This document shows, in pieces, positions 40,045-55,500 of a DNA stretch of 64,000 nt. Under the pieces are notes generated by a model. The model was not told the DNA's origin, searched no databases, and worked only from the letters and a program-made list of their open reading frames with translations. The translations under genes were made by a program, and so were the position numbers. The DNA comes from Macrostomum hystrix (Eukaryota > Animalia > Platyhelminthes): contig CATNEN010000041.1 in assembly GCA_950097015.1 (NCBI GenBank), forward strand, positions 2,728,001-2,792,000. Direction: 5' to 3'. Positions within the stretch are counted from its first letter, which is position 1; each line of letters starts with the position of its first letter.

Positions 40045-43000
40045 CATTCAGCCAGCTGTTATACTCAGAATGCATTCAGCCAGCTGTTTTCCTCAGAATA
40101 CATTCAGCCAGCTGTTATTCTCAGAATACATTCAGCCAGCTGTTATACTCAGAATGCATTCAGCCAGCTGTTATACTCAGAATGCATTCAGCCAGCTGTT
40201 ATACTCAGAATGCATTCAGGCAGCTGTTATACTCAGAATGCATTCAGCCAGCTGTTATACTCAGAATGCATTCAGGCAGCTGTTATCATCAGAATACATT
40301 CAGCCAGCTGTTATACTCAGAATGCATTCAGCCAGCTGTTATCCTCAGAATACATTCAGCCAGCTGTTATACTCAGAATGCATTCAGCCAGCTGTTATAC
40401 TCAGAATGCATTCAGGCAGCTGTTATCATCAGAATACATTCAGCCAGCTGTTATACTCAGAATGCATTCAGCCAGCTGTTATCCTCAGAATGCATTCAGC
40501 CAGCTGTTATCATCAGAATGCATTCAGCCAGCTGTTATACTCAGAATGCATTCAGCCAGCTGTTATCATCAGAATACATTCAGCCAGCTGTTATACACAG
40601 AATGCATTCAGCCAGCTGTTATACTCAGAATACATTCAGCCAGCTGTTATCCTCAGAATGCATTCAGGCAGCTGTTATCATCAGAATACATTCAGCCAGC
40701 TGTTATCCTCAGAATGCATTCAGCCAGCTGTTATACTCAGAATGCATTCAGCCAGCTGTTATCACCAGAATGCATTCAGCCAGCTGTTATCACCAGAATG
40801 CATTCAGCCAGCTGTTATTCTCAGAATGCATTCAGCCAGCTGTTATTCTCAGAATACATTCAGCCAGCTGTTATACTCAGAATGCATTCAGGCAGCTGTT
40901 ATCACCAGAATGCATTCAGCCAGCTGTTATTCTCAGAATACATTCAGCCAGCTGTTATTCTCAGAATGCATTCAGCCAGCTGATTATCATCAGAATACAT
41001 TCAGCCAGCTGTTATACTCAGAATACATTCAGCCAGCTGTTATACTCAGAATGCATTCAGCCAGCTGTTATACTCAGAATGCATTCAGCCAGCTGTTATC
41101 CTCAGAATACATTCAGCCAGCTGTTATTCTCAGAATGCATTCAGCCAGCTGATTATCATCAGAATACATTCAGCCAGCTGTTATCCTCAGAATACATTCA
41201 GCCAGCTGTTATACTCAGAATGCATTCAGCCAGCTGTTATACTCAGAATGCATTCAGCCAGCTGTTATCCTCAGAATACATTCAGCCAGCTGTTATACTC
41301 AGAATGCATTCAGCCAGCTGTTTTCCTCAGAATACATTCAGCCAGCTGTTATTCTCAGAATACATTCAGCCAGCTGTTATACTCAGAATGCATTCAGCCA
41401 GCTGTTATACTCAGAATGCATTCAGCCAGCTGTTATACTCAGAATGCATTCAGGCAGCTGTTATACTCAGAATGCATTCAGCCAGCTGTTATCCTCAGAA
41501 TACTTTCAGCCAGCTGTTATCATCAGAATACATTCAGCCAGCTGTTATTCTCAGAATACATTCAGCCAGCTGTTATACTCAGAATGCATTCAGCCAGCTG
41601 TTTTCCTCAGAATACATTCAGCCAGCTGTTATTCTCAGAATACATTCAGCCAGCTGTTATCCTCAGAATACATTCAGCCAGCTGTTATACTCAGAATGCA
41701 TTCAGCCAGCTGTTATCCTCAGAATGCATTCAGCCAGCTGTTATACTCAGAATGCATTCAGCCAGCTATTATCACCAGAATGCATTCAGCCAGCTGTTAT
41801 TCTCAGAATGCATTCAGCCAGCTGTTATTCTCAGAATACATTCAGCCAGCTGTTATACTCAGAATGCATTCAGGCAGCTGTTATCACCAGAATGCATTCA
41901 GCCAGCTGTTATTCTCAGAATACATTCAGCCAGCTGTTATTCTCAGAATGCATTCAGCCAGCTGATTATCATCAGAATACATTCAGCCAGCTGTTATACT
42001 CAGAATACATTCAGCCAGCTGTTATACTCAGAATGCATTCAGCCAGCTGTTATACTCAGAATGCATTCAGCCAGCTGTTATCCTCAGAATACATTCAGCC
42101 AGCTGTTATTCTCAGAATGCATTCAGCCAGCTGATTATCATCAGAATACATTCAGCCAGCTGTTATCCTCAGAATACATTCAGCCAGCTGTTATACTCAG
42201 AATGCATTCAGCCAGCTGTTATACTCAGAATGCATTCAGCCAGCTGTTTTCCTCAGAATACATTCAGCCAGCTGTTATACTCAGAATGCATTCAGCCAGC
42301 TGTTTTCCTCAGAATACATTCAGCCAGCTGTTATTCTCAGAATACATTCAGCCAGCTGTTATACTCAGAATGCATTCAGCCAGCTGTTATACTCAGAATG
42401 CATTCAGCCAGCTGTTATACTCAGAATGCATTCAGCCAGCTGTTATACTCAGAATGCATTCAGCCAGCTGTTATCCTCAGAATACTTTCAGCCAGCTGTT
42501 ATCATCAGAATACATTCAGCCAGCTGTTATTCTCAGAATACATTCAGCCAGCTGTTATACTCAGAATGCATTCAGCCAGCTGTTTTCCTCAGAATACATT
42601 CAGCCAGCTGTTATTCTCAGAATACATTCAGCCAGCTGTTATACTCAGAATACATTCAGCCAGCTGTTATACTCAGAATGCATTCAGCCAGCTGTTATCC
42701 TCAGAATGCATTCAGCCAGCTGTTATACTCAGAATGCATTCAGCCAGCTGTTATCACCAGAATGCATTCAGCCAGCTGTTATCACCAGAATGCATTCAGC
42801 CAGCTGTTATTCTCAGAATGCATTCAGCCAGCTGTTATTCTCAGAATGCATTCAGCCAGCTGTTATACTCAGAATGCATTCAGGCAGCTGTTATCACCAG
42901 AATGCATTCAGCCAGCTGTTATTCTCAGAATACATTCAGCCAGCTGTTATTCTCAGAATGCATTCAGCCAGCTGATTATCATCAGAATACATTCAGCCAG

Positions 43001-43087
43001 CTGTTATACTCAGAATACATTCAGCCAGCTGTTATACTCAGAATGCATTCAGCCAGCTGTTATACTCAGAATGCATTCAGCCAGCTG
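40045..43087 (+). repeat. Distant copy of about 2918-5960 (offset 37127 bp)
   Basis: 3856->40983, 4025->41152, 4838->41965, 5007->42134 and 5848->42975. ORFs 4121..5848 and 41248..42975 are both 575 aa. I saw the CAGGC+TTATCAT monomer only below 3.6 kb and at 40.2-40.7 kb. Confidence 0.88.
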
Positions 43088-46000
43088 TTATACTCAGAAT
43101 GCATTCAGCCAGCTGTTATACTCAGAATGCATTCAGCCAGCTGTTATACTCAGAATGCATTCAGCCAGCTGTTATCCTCAGAATACATTCAGCCAGCTGT
43201 TATACTCAGAATACATTCAGCCAGCTGTTATTCTCAGAATACATTCAGCCAGCTGTTATCCTCAGAATGCATTCAGCCAGCTGTTATACTCAGAATGCAT
43301 TCAGCCAGGTGTTATCATCAGAATGCATTCAGGCAGCTGTTTTCCTCAGAATGCATTCAGCCAGCTGTTATCCTCAGAATACATTCAGCCAGCTGTTATA
43401 CTCAGAATACATTCAGCCAGCTGTTATACTCAGAATGCATTCAGGCAGCTGTTATACTCAGAATGCATTCAGCCAGCTGTTATCCTCAGAATACATTCAG
43501 CCAGCTGTTATTCTCAGAATGCATTCAGCCAGCTGATTATCATCAGAATACATTCAGCCAGCTGTTATCCTCAGAATACATTCAGCCAGCTGTTATACTC
43601 AGAATGCATTCAGCCAGCTGTTATACTCAGAATGCATTCAGCCAGCTGTTATCCTCAGAATACATTCAGCCAGCTGTTATACTCAGAATGCATTCAGCCA
43701 GCTGTTTTCCTCAGAATACATTCAGCCAGCTGTTATTCTCAGAATACATTCAGCCAGCTGTTATACTCAGAATGCATTCAGCCAGCTGTTATACTCAGAA
43801 TGCATTCAGGCAGCTGTTTTCCTCAGAATGCATTCAGCCAGCTGTTATCCTCAGAATACTTTCAGCCAGCTGTTATACTCAGAATACATTCAGCCAGCTG
43901 TTATACTCAGAATACATTCAGCCAGCTGTTATACTCAGAATGCATTCAGCCAGCTGTTATACTCAGAATGCATTCAGCCAGCTGTTATCCTCAGAATACA
44001 TTCAGCCAGCTGTTATCCTCAGAATGCATTCAGCCAGCTGTTATACTCAGAATGCATTCAGCCAGCTGTTATCCTCAGAATACATTCAGCCAGCTGTTAT
44101 ACTCAGAATGCATTCACCCAGCTGTTATACTCAGAATGCATTCAGCCAGCTGTTATCATCAGAATACATTCAGCCAGCTGTTATTCTCAGAATACATTCA
44201 GCCAGCTGTTATACTCAGAATGCATTCAGCCAGCTGTTTTCCTCAGAATACATTCAGCCAGCTGTTATTCTCAGAATACATTCAGCCAGCTGTTATACTC
44301 AGAATGCATTCAGGCAGCTGTTTTCCTCAGAATGCATTCAGCCAGCTGTTATCCTCAGAATACATTCAGCCAGCTGTTATACTCAGAATACATTCAGCCA
44401 GCTGTTATACTCAGAATGCATTCAGGCAGCTGTTATACTCAGAATGCATTCAGCCCGCTGTTATCCTCAGAATACATTCAGCCAGCTGTTATTCTCAGAA
44501 TGCATTCAGCCAGCTGATTATCATCAGAATACATTCAGCCAGCTGTTATCCTCAGAATACATTCAGCCAGCTGTTATACTCAGAATGCATTCAGCCAGCT
44601 GTTATACTCAGAATGCATTCAGCCAGCTGTTATCCTCAGAATACATTCAGCCAGCTGTTATACTCAGAATGCATTCAGCCAGCTGTTTTCCTCAGAATAC
44701 ATTCAGCCAGCTGTTATTCTCAGAATACATTCAGCCAGCTGTTATACTCAGAATGCATTCAGCCAGCTGTTATACTCAGAATGCATTCAGGCAGCTGTTT
44801 TCCTCAGAATGCATTCAGCCAGCTGTTATCCTCAGAATACTTTCAGCCAGCTGTTATACTCAGAATACATTCAGCCAGCTGTTATACTCAGAATACATTC
44901 AGCCAGCTGTTATACTCAGAATGCATTCAGCCAGCTGTTATACTCAGAATGCATTCAGCCAGCTGTTATACTCAGAATGCATTCAGCCAGCTGTTATACT
45001 CAGAATACATTCAGCCAGCTGTTATACTCAGAATGCATTCAGCCAGCTGTTTTCCTCAGAATACATTCAGCCAGCTGTTATACTCAGAATGCATTCAGCC
45101 AGCTGTTATTCTCAGAATACATTCAGCCAGCTGTTATACTCAGAATGCATTCAGCCAGCTGTTATCCTCAGAATACATTCAGCCAGCTGTTATCATCAGA
45201 ATACATTCAGCCAGCTGTTATCCTCAGAAAGCATTCAGCTAGCTGTAATACTCAGAATGCATTCAGCCAGCTGTTATCACCAGAATGCATTCAGCCAGCT
45301 GTTATACTCAGAATGCATTCAGCCAGCTGTTATACTCAGAATGCATTCAGCCAGCTGTTATCCTCAGAATACATTCAGCCAGCTGTTATCCTCAGAATGC
45401 ATTCAGCCAGCTGTTATACTCAGAATGCATTCAGCCAGCTGTTATACTCAGAATGCATTCAGCCAGCTGTTATACTCAGAATGCATTCAGCCAGCTGTTA
45501 TACTCAGAATGCATTCAGCCAGCTGTTATCCTCAGAATACATTCAGCCAGCTGTTATACTCAGAATACATTCAGCCAGCTGTTATTCTCAGAATACATTC
45601 CGCCAGCTGTTATCCTCAGAATGCATTCAGCCAGCTGTTATACTCAGAATGCATTCAGCCAGCTGTTATCATCAGAATACATTCAGCCAGCTGTTATTCT
45701 CAGAATACATTCAGCCAGCTGTTATACTCAGAATGCATTCAGCCAGCTGTTTTCCTCAGAATACATTCAGCCAGCTGTTATTCTCAGAATACATTCAGCC
45801 AGCTGTTATACTCAGAATGCATTCAGCCAGCTGTTATCCTCAGAATACATTCAGCCAGCTGTTATACTCAGAATGCATTCACCCAGCTGTTATACTCAGA
45901 ATGCATTCAGCCAGCTGTTATCATCAGAATACATTCAGCCAGCTGTTATTCTCAGAATACATTCAGCCAGCTGTTATACTCAGAATGCATTCAGCCAGCT

Positions 46001-46579
46001 GTTTTCCTCAGAATGCATTCAGCCAGCTGTTATCCTCAGAATACATTCAGCCAGCTGTTATCATCAGAATACATTCAGCCAGCTGTTATACCTCAGAATG
46101 CATTCAGCCAGCTGTTATACTCAGAATGCATTCAGCCAGCTGTTTTCCTCAGAATACATTCAGCCAGCTGTTATACTCAGAATGCATTCAGCCAGCTGTT
46201 TTCCTCAGAATACATTCAGCCAGCTGTTATTCTCAGAATACATTCAGCCAGCTGTTATACTCAGAATGCATTCAGCCAGCTGTTATACTCAGAATGCATT
46301 CAGCCAGCTGTTATACTCAGAATGCATTCAGGCCAGCTGTTATACTCAGAATGCATTCAGCCAGCTGTTATCCTCAGAATACATTCAGCCAGCTGTTATA
46401 CTCAGAATGCATTCAGCCAGCTGTTATCCTCAGAATGCATTCAGCCAGCTGTTATACTCAGAATGCATTCAGCCAGCTGTTATCACCAGAATGCATTCAG
46501 CCAGCTGTTATTCTCAGAAATGCATTCAGCCAGCTGTTATTCCTCAGAATACATTCAGCCAGCTGTTATACTCAGAATG

Positions 46580-49500
46580 CATTCAGGCAGCTGTTATCAC
46601 CAGAATGCATTCAGCCAGCTGTTATTCTCAGAATACATTCAGCCAGCTGTTATTCTCAGAATGCATTCAGCCAGCTGATTATCATCAGAATACATTCAGC
46701 CAGCTGTTATACTCAGAATACATTCAGCCAGCTGTTATACTCAGAATGCATTCAGCCAGCTGTTATACTCAGAATGCATTCAGCCAGCTGTTATCCTCAG
46801 AATACATTCAGCCAGCTGTTATTCTCAGAATGCATTCAGCCAGCTGATTATCATCAGAATACATTCAGCCAGCTGTTATCCTCAGAATACATTCAGCCAG
46901 CTGTTATACTCAGAATGCATTCAGCCAGCTGTTATACTCAGAATGCATTCAGCCAGCTGTTTTCCTCAGAATACATTCAGCCAGCTGTTATACTCAGAAT
47001 GCATTCAGCCAGCTGTTTTCCTCAGAATACATTCAGCCAGCTGTTATTCTCAGAATACATTCAGCCAGCTGTTATACTCAGAATGCATTCAGCCAGCTGT
47101 TATACTCAGAATGCATTCAGCCAGCTGTTATACTCAGAATGCATTCAGGCAGCTGTTATACTCAGAATGCATTCAGCCAGCTGTTATCCTCAGAATACTT
47201 TCAGCCAGCTGTTATCATCAGAATACATTCAGCCAGCTGTTATTCTCAGAATACATTCAGCCAGCTGTTATACTCAGAATGCATTCAGCCAGCTGTTTTC
47301 CTCAGAATACATTCAGCCAGCTGTTATTCTCAGAATACATTCAGCCAGCTGTTATACTCAGAATACATTCAGCCTGCTGTTATACTCAGAATGCATTCAG
47401 CCAGCTGTTATCCTCAGAATGCATTCAGCCAGCTGTTATACTCAGAATGCATTCAGCCAGCTGTTATCACCAGAATGCATTCAGCCAGCTGTTATCACCA
47501 GAATGCATTCAGCCAGCTGTTATTCTCAGAATGCATTCAGCCAGCTGTTATTCTCAGAATACATTCAGCCAGCTGTTATACTCAGAATGCATTCAGGCAG
47601 CTGTTATCACCAGAATGCATTCAGCCAGCTGTTATTCTCAGAATACATTCAGCCAGCTGTTATTCTCAGAATGCATTCAGCCAGCTGATTATCATCAGAA
47701 TACATTCAGCCAGCTGTTATACTCAGAATGCATTCAGCCAGCTGTTATACTCAGAATGCATTCAGCCAGCTGTTATCCTCAGAATACATTCAGCCAGCTG
47801 TTATTCTCAGAATGCATTCAGCCAGCTGATTATCATCAGAATACATTCAGCCAGCTGTTATCCTCAGAATACATTCAGCCAGCTGTTATACTCAGAATGC
47901 ATTCAGCCAGCTGTTATACTCAGAATACATTCAGCCAGCTGTTATACTCAGAATGCATTCAGCCAGCTGTTATCCTCAGAATGCATTCAGCCAGCTGTTA
48001 TACTCAGAATGCATTCAGCCAGCTGTTATCCTCAGAATACATTCAGCCAGCTGTTATACTCAGAATGCATTCAGCCAGCTGTTTTCCTCAGAATACATTC
48101 AGCCAGCTGTTATTCTCAGAATACATTCAGCCAGCTGTTATTCTCAGAATGCATTCAGCCAGCTGTTATACTCAGAATGCATTCAGGCAGCTGTTTTCCT
48201 CAGAATGCATTCAGCCAGCTGTTATCCTCAGAATACTTTCAGCCAGCTGTTATACTCAGAATACATTCAGCCAGCTGTTATACTCAGAATACATTCAGCC
48301 AGCTGTTATACTCAGAATGCATTCAGCCAGCTGTTATACTCAGAATGCATTCAGCCAGCTGTTATACTCAGAATGCATTCAGCCAGCTGTTATACTCAGA
48401 ATACATTCAGCCAGCTGTTATACTCAGAATGCATTCAGCCAGCTGTTTTCCTCAGAATACATTCAGCCAGCTGTTATACTCAGAATGCATTCAGCCAGCT
48501 GTTATTCTCAGAATACATTCAGCCAGCTGTTATACTCAGAATGCATTCAGCCAGCTGTTATCCTCAGAATACATTCAGCCAGCTGTTATCATCAGAATAC
48601 ATTCAGCCAGCTGTTATCCTCAGAATGCATTCAGCTAGCTGTAATACTCAGAATGCATTCAGCCAGCTGTTATCACCAGAATGCATTCAGCCAGCTGTTA
48701 TACTCAGAATGCATTCAGCCAGCTGTTATACTCAGAATGCATTCAGCCAGCTGTTATCCTCAGAATACATTCAGCCAGCTGTTATCCTCAGAATGCATTC
48801 AGCCAGCTGTTATACTCAGAATGCATTCAGCCAGCTGTTATACTCAGAATGCATTCAGCCAGCTGTTATACTCAGAATGCATTCAGCCAGCTGTTATACT
48901 CAGAATGCATTCAGCCAGCTGTTATCCTCAGAATACATTCAGCCAGCTGTTATACTCAGAATACATTCAGCCAGCTGTTATTCTCAGAATACATTCAGCC
49001 AGCTGTTATCCTCAGAATGCATTCAGCCAGCTGTTATACTCAGAATGCATTCAGCCAGCTGTTATCATCAGAATACATTCAGCCAGCTGTTATTCTCAGA
49101 ATACATTCAGCCAGCTGTTATACTCAGAATGCATTCAGCCAGCTGTTTTCCTCAGAATACATTCAGCCAGCTGTTATTCTCAGAATACATTCAGCCAGCT
49201 GTTATACTCAGAATGCATTCAGCCAGCTGTTATACTCAGAATGCATTCAGCCAGCTGTTATACTCAGAATGCATTCAGCCAGCTGTTATACTCAGAATGC
49301 ATTCAGCCAGCTGTTATCCTCAGAATACATTCAGCCAGCTGTTATTCTCAGAATACATTCAGCCAGCTGTTATTCTCAGAATGCATTCAGCCAGCTGTTT
49401 TCCTCAGAATACATTCAGCCAGCTGTTATTCTCAGAATACATTCAGCCAGCTGTTATACTCAGAATGCATTCAGGCAGCTGTTTTCCTCAGAATGCATTC

Positions 49501-52500
49501 AGCCAGCTGTTATCCTCAGAATACATTCAGCCAGCTGTTATACTCAGAATACATTCAGCCAGCTGTTATACTCAGAATGCATTCAGGCAGCTGTTATACT
49601 CAGAATGCATTCAGCCAGCTGTTATCCTCAGAATACATTCAGCCAGCTGTTATTCTCAGAATGCATTCAGCCAGCTGATTATCATCAGAATACATTCAGC
49701 CAGCTGTTATCCTCAGAATACATTCAGCCAGCTGTTATACTCAGAATGCATTCAGCCAGCTGTTATACTCAGAATGCATTCAGCCAGCTGTTATCCTCAG
49801 AATACATTCAGCCAGCTGTTATACTCAGAATGCATTCAGCCAGCTGTTTTCCTCAGAATACATTCAGCCAGCTGTTATTCTCAGAATACATTCAGCCAGC
49901 TGTTATACTCAGAATGCATTCAGCCAGCTGTTATACTCAGAATGCATTCAGGCAGCTGTTTTCCTCAGAATGCATTCAGCCAGCTGTTATCCTCAGAATA
50001 CTTTCAGCCAGCTGTTATACTCAGAATACATTCAGCCAGCTGTTATACTCAGAATACATTCAGCCAGCTGTTATACTCAGAATGCATTCAGCCAGCTGTT
50101 ATACTCAGAATGCATTCAGCCAGCTGTTATACTCAGAATGCATTCAGCCAGCTGTTATACTCAGAATACATTCAGCCAGCTGTTATACTCAGAATGCATT
50201 CAGCCAGCTGTTTTCCTCAGAATACATTCAGCCAGCTGTTATACTCAGAATGCATTCAGCCAGCTGTTATTCTCAGAATACATTCAGCCAGCTGTTATAC
50301 TCAGAATGCATTCAGCCAGCTGTTATCCTCAGAATACATTCAGCCAGCTGTTATCATCAGAATACATTCAGCCAGCTGTTATCCTCAGAATGCATTCAGC
50401 TAGCTGTAATACTCAGAATGCATTCAGCCAGCTGTTATCACCAGAATGCATTCAGCCAGCTGTTATACTCAGAATGCATTCAGCCAGCTGTTATACTCAG
50501 AATGCATTCAGCCAGCTGTTATACTCAGAATGCATTCAGCCAGCTGTTATCATCAGAATGCATTCAGCCAGCTGTTATCCTCAGAATACATTCAGCCAGC
50601 TGTTATCCTCAGAATACATTCAGCCAGCTGTTATTCTCAGAATGCATTCAGCCAGCTGTTATACTCAGAATGCATTCAGGCAGCTGTTATCACCAGAATG
50701 CATTCAGCCAGCTGTTATCACCAGAATGCATTCAGCCAGCTGTTATTCTCAGAATACATTCAGCCAGCTGTTATTCTCAGAATACATTCAGCCAGCTGTT
50801 ATTCTCAGAATACATTCAGCCAGCTGTTATTCTCAGAATACATTCAGCCAGCTGTTATTCTCAGAATGCATTCAGCCAGCTGTTATACTCAGAATGCATT
50901 CAGCTAGCTGTTATCCTCAGAATGCATTCAGCCAGCTGTTATCATCAGAATACATTCAGCCAGCTGTTATACTCAGAATGCATTCAGCCAGCTGTTATCC
51001 TCAGAATGCATTCAGCTAGCTGTTATACTCAGAATACATTCAGCCAGCTGTTATACTCAGAATGCATTCAGCCAGCTGTTATCCTCAGAATGCATTCAGC
51101 CAGCTGTTATACTCAGAATGCATTCAGCCAGCTGTTATCACCAGAATGCATTCAGCCAGCTGTTATCACCAGAATGCATTCAGCCAGCTGTTATTCTCAG
51201 AATGCATTCAGCCAGCTGTTATTCTCAGAATACATTCAGCCAGCTGTTATACTCAGAATGCATTCAGGCAGCTGTTATCACCAGAATGCATTCAGCCAGC
51301 TGTTATTCTCAGAATACATTCAGCCAGCTGTTATTCTCAGAATGCATTCAGCCAGCTGATTATCATCAGAATACATTCAGCCAGCTGTTATCCTCAGAAT
51401 ACATTCAGCCAGCTGTTATACTCAGAATGCATTCAGCCAGCTGTTATACTCAGAATGCATTCAGCCAGCTGTTATCCTCAGAATACATTCAGCCAGCTGT
51501 TATTCTCAGAATGCATTCAGCCAGCTGATTATCATCAGAATACATTCAGCCAGCTGTTATCCTCAGAATACATTCAGCCAGCTGTTATACTCAGAATGCA
51601 TTCAGCCAGCTGTTATACTCAGAATGCATTCAGCCAGCTGTTATCCTCAGAATACATTCAGCCAGCTGTTATACTCAGAATGCATTCAGCCAGCTGTTTT
51701 CCTCAGAAAACATTCAGCCAGCTGTTATTCTCAGAATACATTCAGCCAGCTGTTATACTCAGAATGCATTCAGCCAGCTGTTATACTCAGAATGCATTCA
51801 GGCAGCTGTTTTCCTCAGAATGCATTCAGCCAGCTGTTATCCTCAGAATACTTTCAGCCAGCTGTTATACTCAGAATACATTCAGCCAGCTGTTATACTC
51901 AGAATACATTCAGCCAGCTGTTATACTCAGAATGCATTCAGCCAGCTGTTATACTCAGAATGCATTCAGCCAGCTGTTATACTCAGAATGCATTCAGCCA
52001 GCTGTTATACTCAGAATACATTCAGCCAGCTGTTATACTCAGAATGCATTCAGCCAGCTGTTTTCCTCAGAATACATTCAGCCAGCTGTTATACTCAGAA
52101 TGCATTCAGCCAGCTGTTATTCTCAGAATACATTCAGGCAGCTGTTATACTCAGAATGCATTCAGCCAGCTGTTATCCTCAGAATACATTCAGCCAGCTG
52201 TTATCATCAGAATACATTCAGCCAGCTGTTATCCTCAGAATGCATTCAGCTAGCTGTAATACTCAGAATGCATTCAGCCAGCTGTTATCACCAGAATGCA
52301 TTCAGCCAGCTGTTATACTCAGAATGCATTCAGCCAGCTGTTATACTCAGAATGCATTCAGCCAGCTGTTATCCTCAGAATACATTCAGCCAGCTGTTAT
52401 TCTCAGAATGCATTCAGCCAGCTGATTATCATCAGAATACATTCAGCCAGCTGTTATCCTCAGAATACATTCAGCCAGCTGTTATACTCAGAATGCATTC

Positions 52501-55500
52501 AGCCAGCTGTTATACTCAGAATGCATTCAGCCAGCTGTTATCCTCAGAATACATTCAGCCAGCTGTTATACTCAGAATGCATTCAGCCAGCTGTTTTCCT
52601 CAGAATACATTCAGCCAGCTGTTATTCTCAGAATACATTCAGCCAGCTGTTATACTCAGAATGCATTCAGGCAGCTGTTATCACCAGAATGCATTCAGGC
52701 AGCTGTTATCACCAGAATGCATTCAGCCAGCTGTTATTCTCAGAATACATTCAGCCAGCTGTTATTCTCAGAATGCATTCAGCCAGCTGATTATCATCAG
52801 AATACATTCAGCCAGCTGTTATACTCAGAATACATTCAGCCAGCTGTTATACTCAGAATGCATTCAGCCAGCTGTTATACTCAGAATGCATTCAGCCAGC
52901 TGTTATCCTCAGAATACATTCAGCCAGCTGTTATTCTCAGAATGCATTCAGCCAGCTGATTATCATCAGAATACATTCAGCCAGCTGTTATCCTCAGAAT
53001 ACATTCAGCCAGCTGTTATACTCAGAATGCATTCAGCCAGCTGTTATACTCAGAATGCATTCAGCCAGCTGTTTTCCTCAGAATACATTCAGCCAGCTGT
53101 TATACTCAGAATGCATTCAGCCAGCTGTTTTCCTCAGAATACATTCAGCCAGCTGTTATTCTCAGAATACATTCAGCCAGCTGTTATACTCAGAATGCAT
53201 TCAGCCAGCTGTTATACTCAGAATGCATTCAGCCAGCTGTTATACTCAGAATGCATTCAGGCAGCTGTTATACTCAGAATGCATTCAGCCAGCTGTTATC
53301 CTCAGAATACTTTCAGCCAGCTGTTATCATCAGAATACATTCAGCCAGCTGTTATTCTCAGAATACATTCAGCCAGCTGTTATACTCAGAATGCATTCAG
53401 CCAGCTGTTTTCCTCAGAATACATTCAGCCAGCTGTTATTCTCAGAATACATTCAGCCAGCTGTTATACTCAGAATACATTCAGCCAGCTGTTATACTCA
53501 GAATGCATTCAGCCAGCTGTTATCCTCAGAATGCATTCAGCCAGCTGTTATACTCAGAATGCATTCAGCCAGCTGTTATCACCAGAATGCATTCAGCCAG
53601 CTGTTATCACCAGAATGCATTCAGCCAGCTGTTATTCTCAGAATGCATTCAGCCAGCTGTTATTCTCAGAATACATTCAGCCAGCTGTTATACTCAGAAT
53701 GCATTCAGGCAGCTGTTATCACCAGAATGCATTCAGCCAGCTGTTATTCTCAGAATACATTCAGCCAGCTGTTATTCTCAGAATGCATTCAGCCAGCTGA
53801 TTATCATCAGAATACATTCAGCCAGCTGTTATACTCAGAATACATTCAGCCAGCTGTTATACTCAGAATGCATTCAGCCAGCTGTTATACTCAGAATGCA
53901 TTCAGCCAGCTGTTATCCTCAGAATACATTCAGCCAGCTGTTATTCTCAGAATGCATTCAGCCAGCTGATTATCATCAGAATACATTCAGCCAGCTGTTA
54001 TCCTCAGAATACATTCAGCCAGCTGTTATACTCAGAATGCATTCAGCCAGCTGTTATACTCAGAATACATTCAGCCAGCTGTTATACTCAGAATGCATTC
54101 AGCCAGCTGTTATCCTCAGAATGCATTCAGCCAGCTGTTATACTCAGAATGCATTCAGCCAGCTGTTATCCTCAGAATACATTCAGCCAGCTGTTATACT
54201 CAGAATGCATTCAGCCAGCTGTTTTCCTCAGAATACATTCAGCCAGCTGTTATTCTCAGAATACATTCAGCCAGCTGTTATTCTCAGAATGCATTCAGCC
54301 AGCTGTTATACTCAGAATGCATTCAGGCAGCTGTTTTCCTCAGAATGCATTCAGCCAGCTGTTATCCTCAGAATACTTTCAGCCAGCTGTTATACTCAGA
54401 ATACATTCAGCCAGCTGTTATACTCAGAATACATTCAGCCAGCTGTTATACTCAGAATGCATTCAGCCAGCTGTTATACTCAGAATGCATTCAGCCAGCT
54501 GTTATACTCAGAATGCATTCAGCCAGCTGTTATACTCAGAATACATTCAGCCAGCTGTTATACTCAGAATGCATTCAGCCAGCTGTTTTCCTCAGAATAC
54601 ATTCAGCCAGCTGTTATACTCAGAATGCATTCAGCCAGCTGTTATTCTCAGAATACATTCAGCCAGCTGTTATACTCAGAATGCATTCAGCTAGCTGTAA
54701 TACTCAGAATGCATTCAGCCAGCTGTTATCACCAGAATGCATTCAGCCAGCTGTTATACTCAGAATGCATTCAGCCAGCTGTTATACTCAGAATGCATTC
54801 AGCCAGCTGTTATCCTCAGAATACATTCAGCCAGCTGTTATCCTCAGAATGCATTCAGCCAGCTGTTATACTCAGAATGCATTCAGCCAGCTGTTATACT
54901 CAGAATGCATTCAGCCAGCTGTTATACTCAGAATGCATTCAGCCAGCTGTTATCCTCAGAATGCATTCAGCCAGCTGTTATCCTCAGAATACATTCAGCC
55001 AGCTGTTATACTCAGAATACATTCAGCCAGCTGTTATTCTCAGAATACATTCAGCCAGCTGTTATCCTCAGAATGCATTCAGCCAGCTGTTATACTCAGA
55101 ATGCATTCAGCCAGCTGTTATCATCAGAATACATTCAGCCAGCTGTTATTCTCAGAATACATTCAGCCAGCTGTTATACTCAGAATGCATTCAGCCAGCT
55201 GTTTTCCTCAGAATACATTCAGCCAGCTGTTATTCTCAGAATACATTCAGCCAGCTGTTATACTCAGAATGCATTCAGCCAGCTGTTATCCTCAGAATAC
55301 ATTCAGCCAGCTGTTATACTCAGAATGCATTCACCCAGCTGTTATACTCAGAATGCATTCAGCCAGCTGTTATCATCAGAATACATTCAGCCAGCTGTTA
55401 TTCTCAGAATACATTCAGCCAGCTGTTATTCTCAGAATGCATTCAGCCAGCTGTTTTCCTCAGAATACATTCAGCCAGCTGTTATTCTCAGAATACATTC

